A DNA stretch of 62,912 bases from an uncultured Oscillospiraceae bacterium (GTDB lineage: Bacteria; Bacillota; Clostridia; Oscillospirales; Ruminococcaceae): assembly GCA_965141735.1 (NCBI GenBank), contig CBCSOX010000001.1:1-62912 (forward strand), given 5' to 3'. Position 1 is the stretch's first letter. Every line of letters begins with the position of its first letter. The notes under the pieces were generated by a model. That model saw nothing but the letters and a program-made list of their open reading frames with translations. It had not been told where the DNA came from and did not search any database. A program made the translations under genes and the position numbers. Positions 9,842-19,380 of the stretch are shown here, in pieces.

Positions 9842-9886
9842 TGTCCGAGATCCTTTCCTGCGGGCCGCCGGCCCTTTTTTCAACGT

Positions 9887-10372
9887 TTACGCTTTGGGGG
9901 TGAAGACCTTTGTGGTGGTGTTGAAGCTGCCCGCGACAACGTCGCCCATGCCGATGAGGGAGCCGGTGCAGGCCATTTCCGCCTCGTTGTTCGGGAAGTC
10001 GGTGACTGCGACCGAGACGTGGAATTTTCTCGCCTCAAAGCTGTTTTCGCCGGTGGCTGCCTTGTCGAGGTCGACGATGACGTAATCGGTCTCAGCGTCT
10101 TTGCCCACGAGCTGCATCTCGCCGATGTTGCAAATGAAATCGACCGCTTTTTCGTCGCGGATCTGGTCGGTGTTGAAGGTGGTGGACCAGTCGTAGCCGG
10201 TGACGCGCTTAATCGGGGATTTTTCGTTGATGTAGCGTTTGGAGGTGGTCAGTGCGGTCGGGGTTTCGATGAGCTCGACAAAGCCCGCGCCCATGAGGGC
10301 GTATTCCTCGCTGCTCGCTGTGCCTACGTTGAGATAGCTTGCCATTCCGTTTCTGTTTTTGATCTGAGACAT
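9887..10372 (-). CDS. Major tail tube protein
   Basis: 161 aa with YALMGAGF..L.E.P...SKRYINE....VTGY, and C-terminal GSFNTTTKVF. Confidence 0.85.
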   Translation of the reverse strand: MSQIKNRNGMASYLNVGTASSEEYALMGAGFVELIETPTALTTSKRYINEKSPIKRVTGYDWSTTFNTDQIRDEKAVDFICNIGEMQLVGKDAETDYVIVDLDKAATGENSFEARKFHVSVAVTDFPNNEAEMACTGSLIGMGDVVAGSFNTTTKVFTPKA

Positions 10373-10373
10373 A

Positions 10374-10802
10374 CTAATTTCCTCCTTGATAATAGGTTAA
10401 ATTGCATTCAATTCTGTATTGGTAGCTGTTTTCGCCTGTTTCCTCAGAATAGCCGGTGGAAGAACAGTACAGGGCCACAGGGTGCTGACCTTCTTCCAGC
10501 GCGGGCAGGTTGCCGAGGATCGCCTGCTGTTCGAGCCAGGCAGCAAAGTGTTCGTAAAAGCCGCTGTCCTGGATCTCGTCGATCACGTCTGCTGGGTGCG
10601 CCTCGCTCGACTCAAACAGGAATGCACAGCGGCGCAGGCTGCTGCCGTCCGCATAGCGGCGGATCACCGGGTCGGCGGACACCGCGCGGATCCGGTAGCC
10701 GGAAGGGGCCTGCGGGTCGTAGGTTCCGCCGATTGCCTGGACGAATTCTGACAGGTGGGGACAGCTTTTTATCAGCGCCTGTGCGCTTTGGATCACTGTC
10801 AA
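10374..10802 (-). CDS. Tail terminator/completion protein
   Basis: RYADGS..R..F.F.S...SGFYEHFAAWLEQQ...NLP.L...YQYRIECNLTYYQ, directly upstream of the tube gene. Confidence 0.8.
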   Translation of the reverse strand: MTVIQSAQALIKSCPHLSEFVQAIGGTYDPQAPSGYRIRAVSADPVIRRYADGSSLRRCAFLFESSEAHPADVIDEIQDSGFYEHFAAWLEQQAILGNLPALEEGQHPVALYCSSTGYSEETGENSYQYRIECNLTYYQGGN

Positions 10803-11122
10803 TCCAGTTTCCTCCTATCGTCTTGTTCTGATGGGCGGAGGAAGGGGCACAGCGGCCCCGTTCCCCCGGCGTGCGGGAGGGCGGTCACGTCCTGCTCGTG
10901 GGGAGCAGCGGTTTCTCGGTCCATCCCGTCGTAATAGAGTTCCCGGGCGAGTCGGTTTGCTTCGGCCTCCCAACGGGACGCCTCTGATTCGAGGGAGCGG
11001 ATCCGCTCGCAGCACTGGGCGTTTTCCCGCTTGTAGCGTTCCACGTCCGCGCTGTAAACCGCCATAATGCGGTTGATCACCAGCTTGTCAAGCCCCATGA
11101 GCTTGAGGAATTCTCGTTTCAT
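10799..11122 (-). pseudogene. Truncated phage scaffolding protein (GP20-like N-terminus only)
   Basis: MKREFLKLMGLDKLVINRIMAVYSADVE resembles GP20-type scaffold N-termini, then diverges. RBS AGGAG. Confidence 0.55.
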
Positions 11123-11439
11123 CGTCCTTCTCCTGCACATCTATATTGATCGGCCCTTCTGCGGCTGGACCGCGCCGGAACTGAAAGGATGGGCAGCGGC
11201 CGTTCTGCTCATCTATTTCATGATACCAGTATAAACCGGGGAGGGGCTGCACAGTACCAATCTTTGCACAGCGTGAATTGCGATTGGTCATCCTCTGTGC
11301 GCTGCTTTTTGAATGGGTCTTTGCAGCCCGGTTTGCATCCCCCTCTGCCCAGGTGGACAGAGGGGGACCAGCGGTGTTTCGCAGAAGCCGCAGCCGGCAG
11401 GCGGCCTTTGCGCGGCAGCTGTGAAACGGCTGCTCCCCT

Positions 11440-11865
11440 CTACAAATGGAGGTTTGACGCAAGGCGGCAGAGAAACCGCCCCCGCCTGCGGTAAAAATCC
11501 ATCCGGCTGAACTCGGTGAGGTTGAGCAGCTCAAAGGGATAGTCCCGCCCGGAGGAACAGTTGAGCAGGATCGCCTGTGCCAGCCGCCTGCGCACCTCCG
11601 AATCCGCAATGTCGCCGCCGATCTCCCGCACAGCGTCCTCCACCGCCCGGATTCGAGCCGCCTCGGGGGAGGCCTCGAGCTGCATCAGCCGCCCGGCCCG
11701 GTCCTCGGTGGGTGTGCTTGTGCGGTTGCCTTTGGGCTGCCCGTCCGGGCAGCTTCCGCCATAGAGAATTTCGAGGTACTGCTTGCGGTATTCCCGCGTC
11801 CGGCGCTCGTGCCCCCGCACAATGCCGATGCAGACCTGTTTGACATCTGGTTCGAGTGGTTTCAT
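11440..11865 (-). CDS. ArpU/RinA-like phage late transcriptional activator
   Basis: DGQPKGNRTSTPTEDRA..L motif and C-terminal SRMDFYRRR.RFL..LA..L. Confidence 0.7.
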   Translation of the reverse strand: MKPLEPDVKQVCIGIVRGHERRTREYRKQYLEILYGGSCPDGQPKGNRTSTPTEDRAGRLMQLEASPEAARIRAVEDAVREIGGDIADSEVRRRLAQAILLNCSSGRDYPFELLNLTEFSRMDFYRRRGRFLCRLASNLHL

Positions 11866-11900
11866 TGGTATCTTCCTTTCTGTTCTGTGTTGGTTCCCCG

Positions 11901-12422
11901 CTAGTCCTGTATCCAGTCCCTCAGGCTGTGCAGCGCCCTTTTTTTGAGCTGGTTCACCGCCTGGCGGCTGATCCCCAGCATCTGCGCGATTTCAGTTTCC
12001 CGGAAGCCCAGGTAAAACTCCAGCAGAATCACCTGCTGCTGCCTCTGGGGGAGCCGGTCAACCAGCCTGCGCACAAAGAGTTGGTCCGGATTTTGCTGCG
12101 CTGCTTGCAGCTCCTGGTAGGGCGCAGTCCGGGCCCGATGCAGCTGGTTTTCTTTTGAAAGGGCGATATAGCGGTGGTGGATGGATTTTTTGACATAGGA
12201 AAGCACTGCCCAGTCTGGATCTTTTTGCGGGAAATCTGCGGCGGGGAGTTTGAGCAGTACTTCAATCAGGCTCAGCCGCAGCTCTTCAAAGCCATCCTCA
12301 AGGGGCAGCAGTCCTGCATAGTGGCGCAGCAGTGGCTGGAAACGCTCAATGAGCGGGGTTGCATCCTGCGCGCCCTGTTGATAGGAGAGGACCATCTGTG
12401 TGAGTCGGTTCATCGGCTTCAC
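11901..12422 (-). CDS. Alternative sigma factor, UviA/BotR/TcdR-like
   Basis: LIERFQPLLRHYA..L..EDG..EL.L.LIE region 2, YVKKSIHHRYIALSK, and region 4 ETEIAQMLGISRQAVNQLKKRAL. Confidence 0.75.
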   Translation of the reverse strand: MKPMNRLTQMVLSYQQGAQDATPLIERFQPLLRHYAGLLPLEDGFEELRLSLIEVLLKLPAADFPQKDPDWAVLSYVKKSIHHRYIALSKENQLHRARTAPYQELQAAQQNPDQLFVRRLVDRLPQRQQQVILLEFYLGFRETEIAQMLGISRQAVNQLKKRALHSLRDWIQD

Positions 12423-12580
12423 AACCTTTATATTTCATTTTCCAATTACTAAAAAGATTCCAAAAATTCTCTGTCAACGCAGAAAACAACAAAATTTACG
12501 AAAAAAACAAGCAATCATTGTATTGTTTCGTTATAAATGGAATATTCGGTATACTCATTAAAAAAACGATAATTTCAGAC

Positions 12581-12624
12581 AAAAAGAAACATCCCTGCGA
12601 CTTTGCGCAGGGATGTTTCTTTTT
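12581..12624. terminator. Bidirectional intrinsic terminator
   Basis: 19-bp stem aaaaagaaacatccctgcg / cgcagggatgtttcttttt. Confidence 0.8.
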
Positions 12625-12928
12625 AAATTGTGGCAGTTCTGGAGGAATACCGCCGCTGCTGGGAAAAGGCAGCGAAAAGAGCGCAGGCTTTGCGCCGATT
12701 GGATGGATGGCAACACGCAAGCGGGGCCTGATGAAATTCAGCTCTGCCAAACCGTTTACCGAATGGACAGCGGAGTGCGTCCCTGCCTGAGCACTGGACA
12801 GAGATCCCCCGATTGCGGATTTGTCGCAGCATGGTCAGTTCCCGGCGGCATTCTTTTTTCTCAGCTGTCTCTGCAATTCTCCGGCAGCAACAGCCTCAAA
12901 GCGATAGGAATGTCTAATTTTCGATATC

Positions 12929-12957
12929 AGTATATGTATTTTGTTACATATTGTCAA
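12929..12957 (-). promoter_or_regulatory. Sigma-A promoter toward the tail cluster with an overlapping operator-like palindrome
   Basis: TTGACA-N17-TATACT, with ATATGTA-N6-TACATAT at 12932-12951. Confidence 0.65.
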
Positions 12958-13160
12958 CTATTATCCGACCCGGCACATCGGTCCTTCTGCCCCTGACAGA
13001 CAGTGGAAGGGAAATCCCACAGCGCCTGGAAAAAAGGGAATTTTGCGTGTCACAGAGTGAAAAAAAGTCCGGTTTGACTGATCAGTATTCCTAATTTTGA
13101 ATGCCAATTTAATCTAGAATGATGAAAAGTCATGAAGTGACCGTTTTATGACCGGATTGA

Positions 13161-13189
13161 TTGACAAATGATCGGACACTTTGTATAAT
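13161..13189 (+). promoter_or_regulatory. Consensus sigma-A promoter
   Basis: TTGACA-N17-TATAAT upstream of the XRE gene. Confidence 0.8.
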
Positions 13190-13239
13190 TAATACATAAA
13201 TTGTCGAATGGTACAAGAGGGAGGGGAAGCAAGCTTCTT

Positions 13240-13518
13240 ATGGAACTGACGGTCGAAACCAAACAGCAATTCATTCAAACACTGACCAAAAATCTGCCCG
13301 TCCTGCGCGCGAAGCTGGGGATGTCCCAGGCCGAGCTCGCCTCAAAGGTGGGTCTTGCGCGGCAGACCATTGCGAGCATTGAGAATGAAAAGCGCCCCAT
13401 GATGTGGCAGACGTTTTTGTCAATTCTCATGCTGTTTTACTGCAATCCAAAAACAGAGCCGCTGCTCAGTGCACTGGGGATTTACAACCAGCAGCTCGAA
13501 GAGTTTTTTGTGAGTTAA
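13240..13518 (+). CDS. XRE-family HTH regulator
   Basis: LRAKLGMSQAELASKVGLARQTIASIENEKR, RBS GAGGGG. Confidence 0.9.
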   Translation: MELTVETKQQFIQTLTKNLPVLRAKLGMSQAELASKVGLARQTIASIENEKRPMMWQTFLSILMLFYCNPKTEPLLSALGIYNQQLEEFFVS

Positions 13519-13712
13519 AATTGATTTGCCTCAACTGCTGATCGGGATGGGAGTGTGTGCGGGATGATCTGCCAAGCCTTTGCAAAGAATCAAAACAGCC
13601 TGCGGGCTGCCTGTGTGTGGGCAGCCCTTGCGGGCGTCGGCGCAGCTGGAGGCGACAGTGAAACAACTGCCGCTGTTTTTGCGTTTGAGGCAAAAGAAGG
13701 AGACGGTAACCG

Positions 13713-14837
13713 ATGAACAAGAAAATCTATCTGTCCTCCCCCACCATGCACGGGGAGGAGCAGGCGTTTGTTCAAGAGGCGTTTGACCAGAACTGGGTCG
13801 CGCCGCTCGGACCCAACGTCAACGAATTTGAAAAAGAGCTCGCCGCCTATGCGGGCGCAGGGCACGCAGCGGCGCTCAGCGCAGGCACCGCGGCGCTCCA
13901 CCTGGCGATCAAGCTCGCCGGGGTAAAGCCGGGGGACCGGGTGTTCTGCTCTGACCTGACCTTTTCGGCCACCGTCAACCCGGTGTCCTACGAGGGGGCG
14001 CAGCAGGTGTTCATCGACAGCGAATACGACAGCTGGAACATGGATCCCCGCGCGCTTGAGAGGGCGTTTGAACGCGGTCCAAAACCCAGCGCAGTGGTGC
14101 TGGTGCACCTGTACGGCACCCCGGCAAAGCTGGATGAAATCAAGCAGATCTGCGACGCCCACGGCGTGCCCCTCATCGAGGACGCGGCTGAGAGCCTGGG
14201 GGCCACCTACCGCGGCAAGCAGACCGGCACATTCGGGCGGTACGGAATCTTTTCGTTTAACGGCAACAAGATCATCACCACCTCGGGGGGCGGCGCGCTC
14301 GTCTCGGACGACGGGGAGGCGGTGGAGAAGGCGCGGTTTTGGGCGACCCAGTCGCGCGACCCCGCCCGCCACTACCAGCACTCCGAACTCGGCTACAACT
14401 ACCGCATGTCCAACATCGTCGCGGGCGTCGGCCGGGGGCAGCTGCTCCACCTCGAGGAGCACATCGCCCGCAAACGGGCGATTTATCAGCGCTACCAGGA
14501 GGCGTTTGCCGACATCCCGGAGCTTTCGATGAACCCCATCCCCGCGGGATGCGAACCCAACTACTGGCTCTCCTGCGCGCTGCTTTCCCCGGACAGCCGG
14601 GTGCAGCCGCTTGACATCCTGCGCGCGCTCGAGCGGGAAAACATCGAGGCCCGCCCCCTCTGGAAGCCGATGCACCTGCAGCCGGTGTTCGCGGACCGGG
14701 CGTTTGTCCAGGTCAAAGAGGGGGTTTCGGTCGGGGAGGATCTCTTCAACCGCGGCCTCTGCCTGCCGAGCGACATCAAAAACACGCCGGAGGAGATGGA
14801 AAAAATCATCTCGATCATACGGGGGCTGTTTGAATGA
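13713..14837 (+). CDS. DegT/DnrJ-family sugar aminotransferase (PglE/EpsN-like)
   Basis: IEDAAESLG, SFNGNKIITTSGGG and GYNYRMSN motifs. Confidence 0.92.
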   Translation: MNKKIYLSSPTMHGEEQAFVQEAFDQNWVAPLGPNVNEFEKELAAYAGAGHAAALSAGTAALHLAIKLAGVKPGDRVFCSDLTFSATVNPVSYEGAQQVFIDSEYDSWNMDPRALERAFERGPKPSAVVLVHLYGTPAKLDEIKQICDAHGVPLIEDAAESLGATYRGKQTGTFGRYGIFSFNGNKIITTSGGGALVSDDGEAVEKARFWATQSRDPARHYQHSELGYNYRMSNIVAGVGRGQLLHLEEHIARKRAIYQRYQEAFADIPELSMNPIPAGCEPNYWLSCALLSPDSRVQPLDILRALERENIEARPLWKPMHLQPVFADRAFVQVKEGVSVGEDLFNRGLCLPSDIKNTPEEMEKIISIIRGLFE

Positions 14838-15889
14838 ACTACCCTCTTTTGAATCTGGGAACGGGGAAGAGGCCGTTTTGGGTCCGCCCGATTCACATCC
14901 AGTGTCTGCGGACGCTGGCCGTTCTGCTGCTCTTTGCCTGTGAGTTTCTCCCGCTGGGCAGGAGTTTCCCGGCTGCGCGGCTTCCCCTGTCCGGCTTTGT
15001 CCTTTTGTCGGGGCTTCTGTTCACAGAGCAACGGATGGAGTCTCCGGGGCGGTGGATCGCGGCCCGCGCCGTCCGGGCGGGCGTTTCGTTCGGCCTGTCG
15101 CTGCTGCTGTTGCTCCTGCTGGTGTGGGACGGAGTGGACGGGCTCTGGTTTGAGATCGAGTCCTATCTGCTCTCCTTGGGCTGCGCCAACCGGCTGTTTC
15201 AGTTGGATGTGCCGCTCGCCGAGCTGCTGTGGCTGTTGCTTTCCGTCCTGCTCTGTTTTCTCATCACCCCCCTTTTGAGTCGGCTGCAGGACTCGGTCAA
15301 CGGGCTGAGCCGGGGGAAAAAAGCCGCGCTGTGCTGCGCCCTGCTTCTGGTCAACATCGGGGTTTCGCTGATTCCCTTTTCCCTGGCCGGGCAGCTGCTT
15401 TTCTCCCTCTCGGTTTATGCGGTCGCCTATTTTGCCCGCCCCGTTCTCCTTTCGCTGGCGGACCGCTTCAAAACCCTGGCGCTGCTGACCCTGACCGCCG
15501 CCGGCTGCCTGCTGTTGGCCAACTGGCTGTCCGCCCTGCTGATGGACCTGCCGTCTCTGTTTTGGCCGTCGTCCGTCGTTGTGCTGACCGCTCTTCGGGC
15601 GGTTGTGTATTTCTGGTTTTTTGCGGTTGCCTTTTTCGTGGTCCGGCGGTTCCGCCGGTTCCCGCGGGCAGTCGCCTGCTTTGTGCGCCTTGTGGATTCG
15701 ATGGTTTTTGAACTCTATCTCGTCATTTACCTTGTGCGCAACAGCCGGTTGGATCTGCTTTCGCTCACGTCGTTTGAGGGGGTCAACCTGCTGCTTTCGC
15801 TGCTCGCGGCCTTTGCCGCCGCGTTCTGTCTCAGCCGGGCCGGCCGGTGGGCTGGCTCCAAGGTGGAACAACGATCAAAACTCAGTTGA
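14834..15889 (+). CDS. Polytopic membrane protein, possibly a divergent acyltransferase-3
   Basis: About 10 hydrophobic segments, IQCLRTLAVLL near the N-terminus and FELYLV near the C-terminus. Confidence 0.5.
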   Translation: MNYPLLNLGTGKRPFWVRPIHIQCLRTLAVLLLFACEFLPLGRSFPAARLPLSGFVLLSGLLFTEQRMESPGRWIAARAVRAGVSFGLSLLLLLLLVWDGVDGLWFEIESYLLSLGCANRLFQLDVPLAELLWLLLSVLLCFLITPLLSRLQDSVNGLSRGKKAALCCALLLVNIGVSLIPFSLAGQLLFSLSVYAVAYFARPVLLSLADRFKTLALLTLTAAGCLLLANWLSALLMDLPSLFWPSSVVVLTALRAVVYFWFFAVAFFVVRRFRRFPRAVACFVRLVDSMVFELYLVIYLVRNSRLDLLSLTSFEGVNLLLSLLAAFAAAFCLSRAGRWAGSKVEQRSKLS

Positions 15890-15899
15890 GGGAGCGCTT

Positions 15900-16541
15900 A
15901 TGTACCAAAACTATATCAAAAGAATGCTAGACGTTGTCTGCGCCCTCGCGGCAATCCTCGTCTTTTGCTGGCTGTTTGCCCTCGTCGCCCTGCTGGTGCG
16001 GCTCAAGCTCGGCAGTCCGGTGCTCTTTGCGCAGGACCGGCCGGGCAAGGATGAAAAAATCTTTAAGCTCTACAAATTCCGCACCATGACCGACCAGCGG
16101 GACGGGGCGGGGAACCTCCTGCCCGACGAGGTGCGGCTGACCAAATTCGGGAGACTGCTGCGCAAGACCAGCCTCGACGAACTGCCCGAGGCGCTCAACA
16201 TCCTCAAGGGGGACATGAGCGTGGTCGGGCCCCGGCCGCTGCTGGTCAAATACCTGCCGCTGTACAACGAGACCCAGCGCCGCCGCCACGAGGTGCGCCC
16301 CGGCCTGTCGGGGCTCGCGCAGGTCAACGGCCGCAACGCCTGCACCTGGGAGGAAAAATTCGCCTACGACGTGCAGTATGTCGACCACATTTCCTTTCTC
16401 GGGGACGTCAAAATTATTCTGCAGACGGTGAAAAAGGCGTTTGTCCGGGCCGAGGGGATCAGCGCCGCGGGCGTGGCCACCATGGAGGAATTCCGCGGCA
16501 CCCCCGCGCCCGAGCCGCACAAGGAGGAACTGCATGTCTGA
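15900..16541 (+). CDS. Initiating phosphoglycosyltransferase (PglC/EpsL-like)
   Basis: KRMLD, FKLYKFRTM, SLDELP, GDMSVVGPRP. RBS GAGGGAG. Confidence 0.92.
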   Translation: MYQNYIKRMLDVVCALAAILVFCWLFALVALLVRLKLGSPVLFAQDRPGKDEKIFKLYKFRTMTDQRDGAGNLLPDEVRLTKFGRLLRKTSLDELPEALNILKGDMSVVGPRPLLVKYLPLYNETQRRRHEVRPGLSGLAQVNGRNACTWEEKFAYDVQYVDHISFLGDVKIILQTVKKAFVRAEGISAAGVATMEEFRGTPAPEPHKEELHV

Positions 16542-17145
16542 GATTGTCATTCTAGGGGCCGGGGGCCACGCCAAGGTGCTCGCCGATCTGGTTGTGAAAA
16601 CCGGTCACACCCTGCTCGGGTTTTTGGACGACACCCCCGGCCATCCCCCTGTGCTCGGGTTTCCCATCCTCGGGCGGATTGAGGAGGCCGGGCGGTTTGC
16701 AGAGCAGGCGCAGTTTTTGATCGGCATCGGCTCGAACCAGACCCGCAAACGGTTTGACGGGGAGCTCCCGGTGCGCTGGGCGACGCTTGTCCACCCCGCC
16801 GCCTCGGTGGGGCTCGGGGCGCAGATCGGGGAGGGGACGGTGCTGCTCGCCGGCGCGGTGGTCAACCCCTGCGCCCAGGTCGGGAGGCACTGCATCCTCA
16901 ACACCGGCTCGGTGGTCGAGCATGACTGCCGCGTCGGGGACTACGTGCACCTTTCGCCCAACGCCACCCTCTGCGGCACCGTGACCGTTGGGGAGGGCGC
17001 CCACGTCGGGGCGGGCGCGGTGGTGCGCAACAATTTGACCATTGCCCCCGGCTGCGTGCTCGGCGCGGGCTGCGCGGTGGTGGGGGAGATCACACAGAGC
17101 GGCACCTATGTCGGGGTGCCTGCAAGGAGACTGGAACAGAGATGA
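16534..17145 (+). CDS. Sugar acetyltransferase (PglD/NeuD-like)
   Basis: ILGAGGHAK, EHDC, hexapeptide repeats, GVPAR. Confidence 0.9.
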   Translation: MSEIVILGAGGHAKVLADLVVKTGHTLLGFLDDTPGHPPVLGFPILGRIEEAGRFAEQAQFLIGIGSNQTRKRFDGELPVRWATLVHPAASVGLGAQIGEGTVLLAGAVVNPCAQVGRHCILNTGSVVEHDCRVGDYVHLSPNATLCGTVTVGEGAHVGAGAVVRNNLTIAPGCVLGAGCAVVGEITQSGTYVGVPARRLEQR

Positions 17146-18248
17146 AACGGGTGTTAATTCTCGCCAACTTTGACGTTGGCCTCTACAAATTCCGCAAGGA
17201 ACTCATTGCCGAGCTGCTCAGCCGGGGAAACGAAGTATATCTCTCCCTGCCGGACGGGGAATTCATCCAGCCGCTCACCGCAATGGGCTGCAAATTTCTC
17301 AACACCCCGGTCGACCGCCGGGGGATCAACCCGGCCACGGATATGAAACTCTTCCGGCGCTACCAAAAGCTGATCCAGCAGGTGCGGCCGGATCTCGTGA
17401 TCACCTACACCATCAAGCCGAACATTTACGGCGGCATCGCCTGCCGGCTCGCAAAAGTCCCCTATGCGGTCAACATCACCGGGCTCGGCACCGCCTTCCA
17501 AACCGATGGGCTGCTCAAGCGCCTGATTGTGCGGCTGTACAAAACCGCCTGCAAACGGGCGAAGGTCGTCTTTTTTGAGAACGAAGAGAACCAGCGGATT
17601 TTTGTGGAGCACCGCATCGTCCCGCAGGAACAGACCTGCAAGCTCAACGGCGCGGGGGTCAACCTCGAGGAGTACCCCTTTTGCGAATATCCCCCGGAGG
17701 ACGGAGAACTGCGTTTTCTGTTCGTCGGGCGGGTGATGAAGGAAAAAGGGGTGGACGAGCTGTTTGAAGCGGCCCGCCGGATCCGGCGGGAACACCCCTC
17801 TGTATCATTTGACGTCGTCGGGCCCTTTGAGGATGACTACAAAGAAAAAATTGACCGGCTCGTCGGCGAAGGGGTCATTCGCTACCACGGCTTTCAGTCC
17901 GACGTCCGCCCGTTCTACCAGCGCTGCCACTGCTTTGTGCTCCCCTCCTACCACGAGGGGATGGCAAACACCCTGCTCGAGGCGGGCGCGACGGGGCGGC
18001 CGCTCATCACCAGCGACATCCCCGGCTGCCGGGAGGCGGTTGTGAACGGCCGTTCTGGAATTCTCGCCCCGCCCCGTGAAGAGGCTGCGCTGTATCGGCT
18101 GCTCAAAGAATTTATCCAACTGTCCTACAAGGAGAAACAGGATATGGCGCAGGCTTCCTATCGCCATGTTTCAGCGTCGTTTCACAAACAGGCGGTCATT
18201 GCGCAAACGCTGCGCAGGCTGCCCCAGGACGGCGGAGTTGTGGAATAG
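17142..18248 (+). CDS. GT4 glycosyltransferase
   Basis: YTIKPNIYG, ITGLG, PSYHEGMANTLLEA. Confidence 0.9.
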   Translation: MKRVLILANFDVGLYKFRKELIAELLSRGNEVYLSLPDGEFIQPLTAMGCKFLNTPVDRRGINPATDMKLFRRYQKLIQQVRPDLVITYTIKPNIYGGIACRLAKVPYAVNITGLGTAFQTDGLLKRLIVRLYKTACKRAKVVFFENEENQRIFVEHRIVPQEQTCKLNGAGVNLEEYPFCEYPPEDGELRFLFVGRVMKEKGVDELFEAARRIRREHPSVSFDVVGPFEDDYKEKIDRLVGEGVIRYHGFQSDVRPFYQRCHCFVLPSYHEGMANTLLEAGATGRPLITSDIPGCREAVVNGRSGILAPPREEAALYRLLKEFIQLSYKEKQDMAQASYRHVSASFHKQAVIAQTLRRLPQDGGVVE

Positions 18249-18303
18249 AGACAGTGTGAAACAGCTGCTGAGATAGAGCCGCGCAGCATGAGAAACAGGA
18301 GAG

Positions 18304-19362
18304 ATGCATTTGAAAACACCATTGATCAGCGTAATTGTACCGGTTTACAATGTACAGGACTACCTGGAGCAATGTCTGGACAGCCTATTGTTACAGACCT
18401 ATCCAAACTTGGAGATTCTCTGTGTCAACGGGGGATCGACCGATCAGAGCGCAGAGATCCTCAGCAGGTACGCGGACCAGGACAACAGGATTCAGGTGAT
18501 TGACACACAAAACCGCGGGGTTTCTCACTCCCGCAACCTCGCGCTCGCGCAGGCTTCCGGCGATTACTGCATGTTTGTTGACAGTGATGATTGGATCGAT
18601 CCCCAAACCTGTGAGGACGCAGTGAGCAAAGCGATTGAGACGTCGGCGGACGTGGTCATGTGGTCCTATGTCCGGGAGTACCAAGGAGCTTCTCTCCCCA
18701 AGGACAGCTTTACAACAGCAGAAACCGTCCTCAGCGGTGAGGAGGTTCAAACAACGCTCCACCGGAGGATGATCGGCCTTTTGGGGGAAGAGCTGCGGCA
18801 TCCGGAAAATGCGGACGCTCTGTGTCCCATCTGGGGCAAGCTCTACCGGAGCAGCCTCGCGAAGGCGCACCGATTTATTGACCTTCAGGAAATTGGGACC
18901 TATGAGGACGGGATGTACAACCTCGAATTGCTCAAGGAGGCTCAACGGGTATGCTGCTGTAATTGGCACTACTACCATTACCGCAAGACAAATCAAGGTT
19001 CGCTGACCAGCCGGTATAAAAAGGATCTGGCAAAGCAGTGGGAGAACCTGTTTGAGCGAATGCGGCGCTACATTGAGGACAATCAGCTCGGCCAAGACTA
19101 CTGTCAGGCGCTGGACAACCGAATCTGCCTGAGCGTCCTCGGCCTTGGCCTGAACATACTCTCCTCCGGTCAGGGGATTGTGCAAAACACAAAAGACATC
19201 GGCCAGATTCTCCGGAGTTCCCGTTACCGCCAGGCCTACCGGTCGCTGACCTTCCGGTATTTTCCGCTGCACTGGAAGCTTTTTTACGGCGCGGCAAAAT
19301 ACCGCTGCTCCATTGCGGTTGCGTGCCTGTTAAAGTGCATCCAAAAAATGATTCAGAAATAG
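18304..19362 (+). CDS. GT2 glycosyltransferase
   Basis: ISVIVPVYN and FVDSDD. Confidence 0.9.
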   Translation: MHLKTPLISVIVPVYNVQDYLEQCLDSLLLQTYPNLEILCVNGGSTDQSAEILSRYADQDNRIQVIDTQNRGVSHSRNLALAQASGDYCMFVDSDDWIDPQTCEDAVSKAIETSADVVMWSYVREYQGASLPKDSFTTAETVLSGEEVQTTLHRRMIGLLGEELRHPENADALCPIWGKLYRSSLAKAHRFIDLQEIGTYEDGMYNLELLKEAQRVCCCNWHYYHYRKTNQGSLTSRYKKDLAKQWENLFERMRRYIEDNQLGQDYCQALDNRICLSVLGLGLNILSSGQGIVQNTKDIGQILRSSRYRQAYRSLTFRYFPLHWKLFYGAAKYRCSIAVACLLKCIQKMIQK

Positions 19363-19380
19363 AAAATAGAGGACTCTGAA

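Noticed and set aside
1..12422. Intact prophage
   Set aside because: No terminase, portal, capsid, replication or integrase genes between the regulators and the tail module.
12630..12920. Known riboswitch (cobalamin or c-di-GMP)
   Set aside because: Only fragmentary motif resemblance. It cannot be supported without a covariance-model search.
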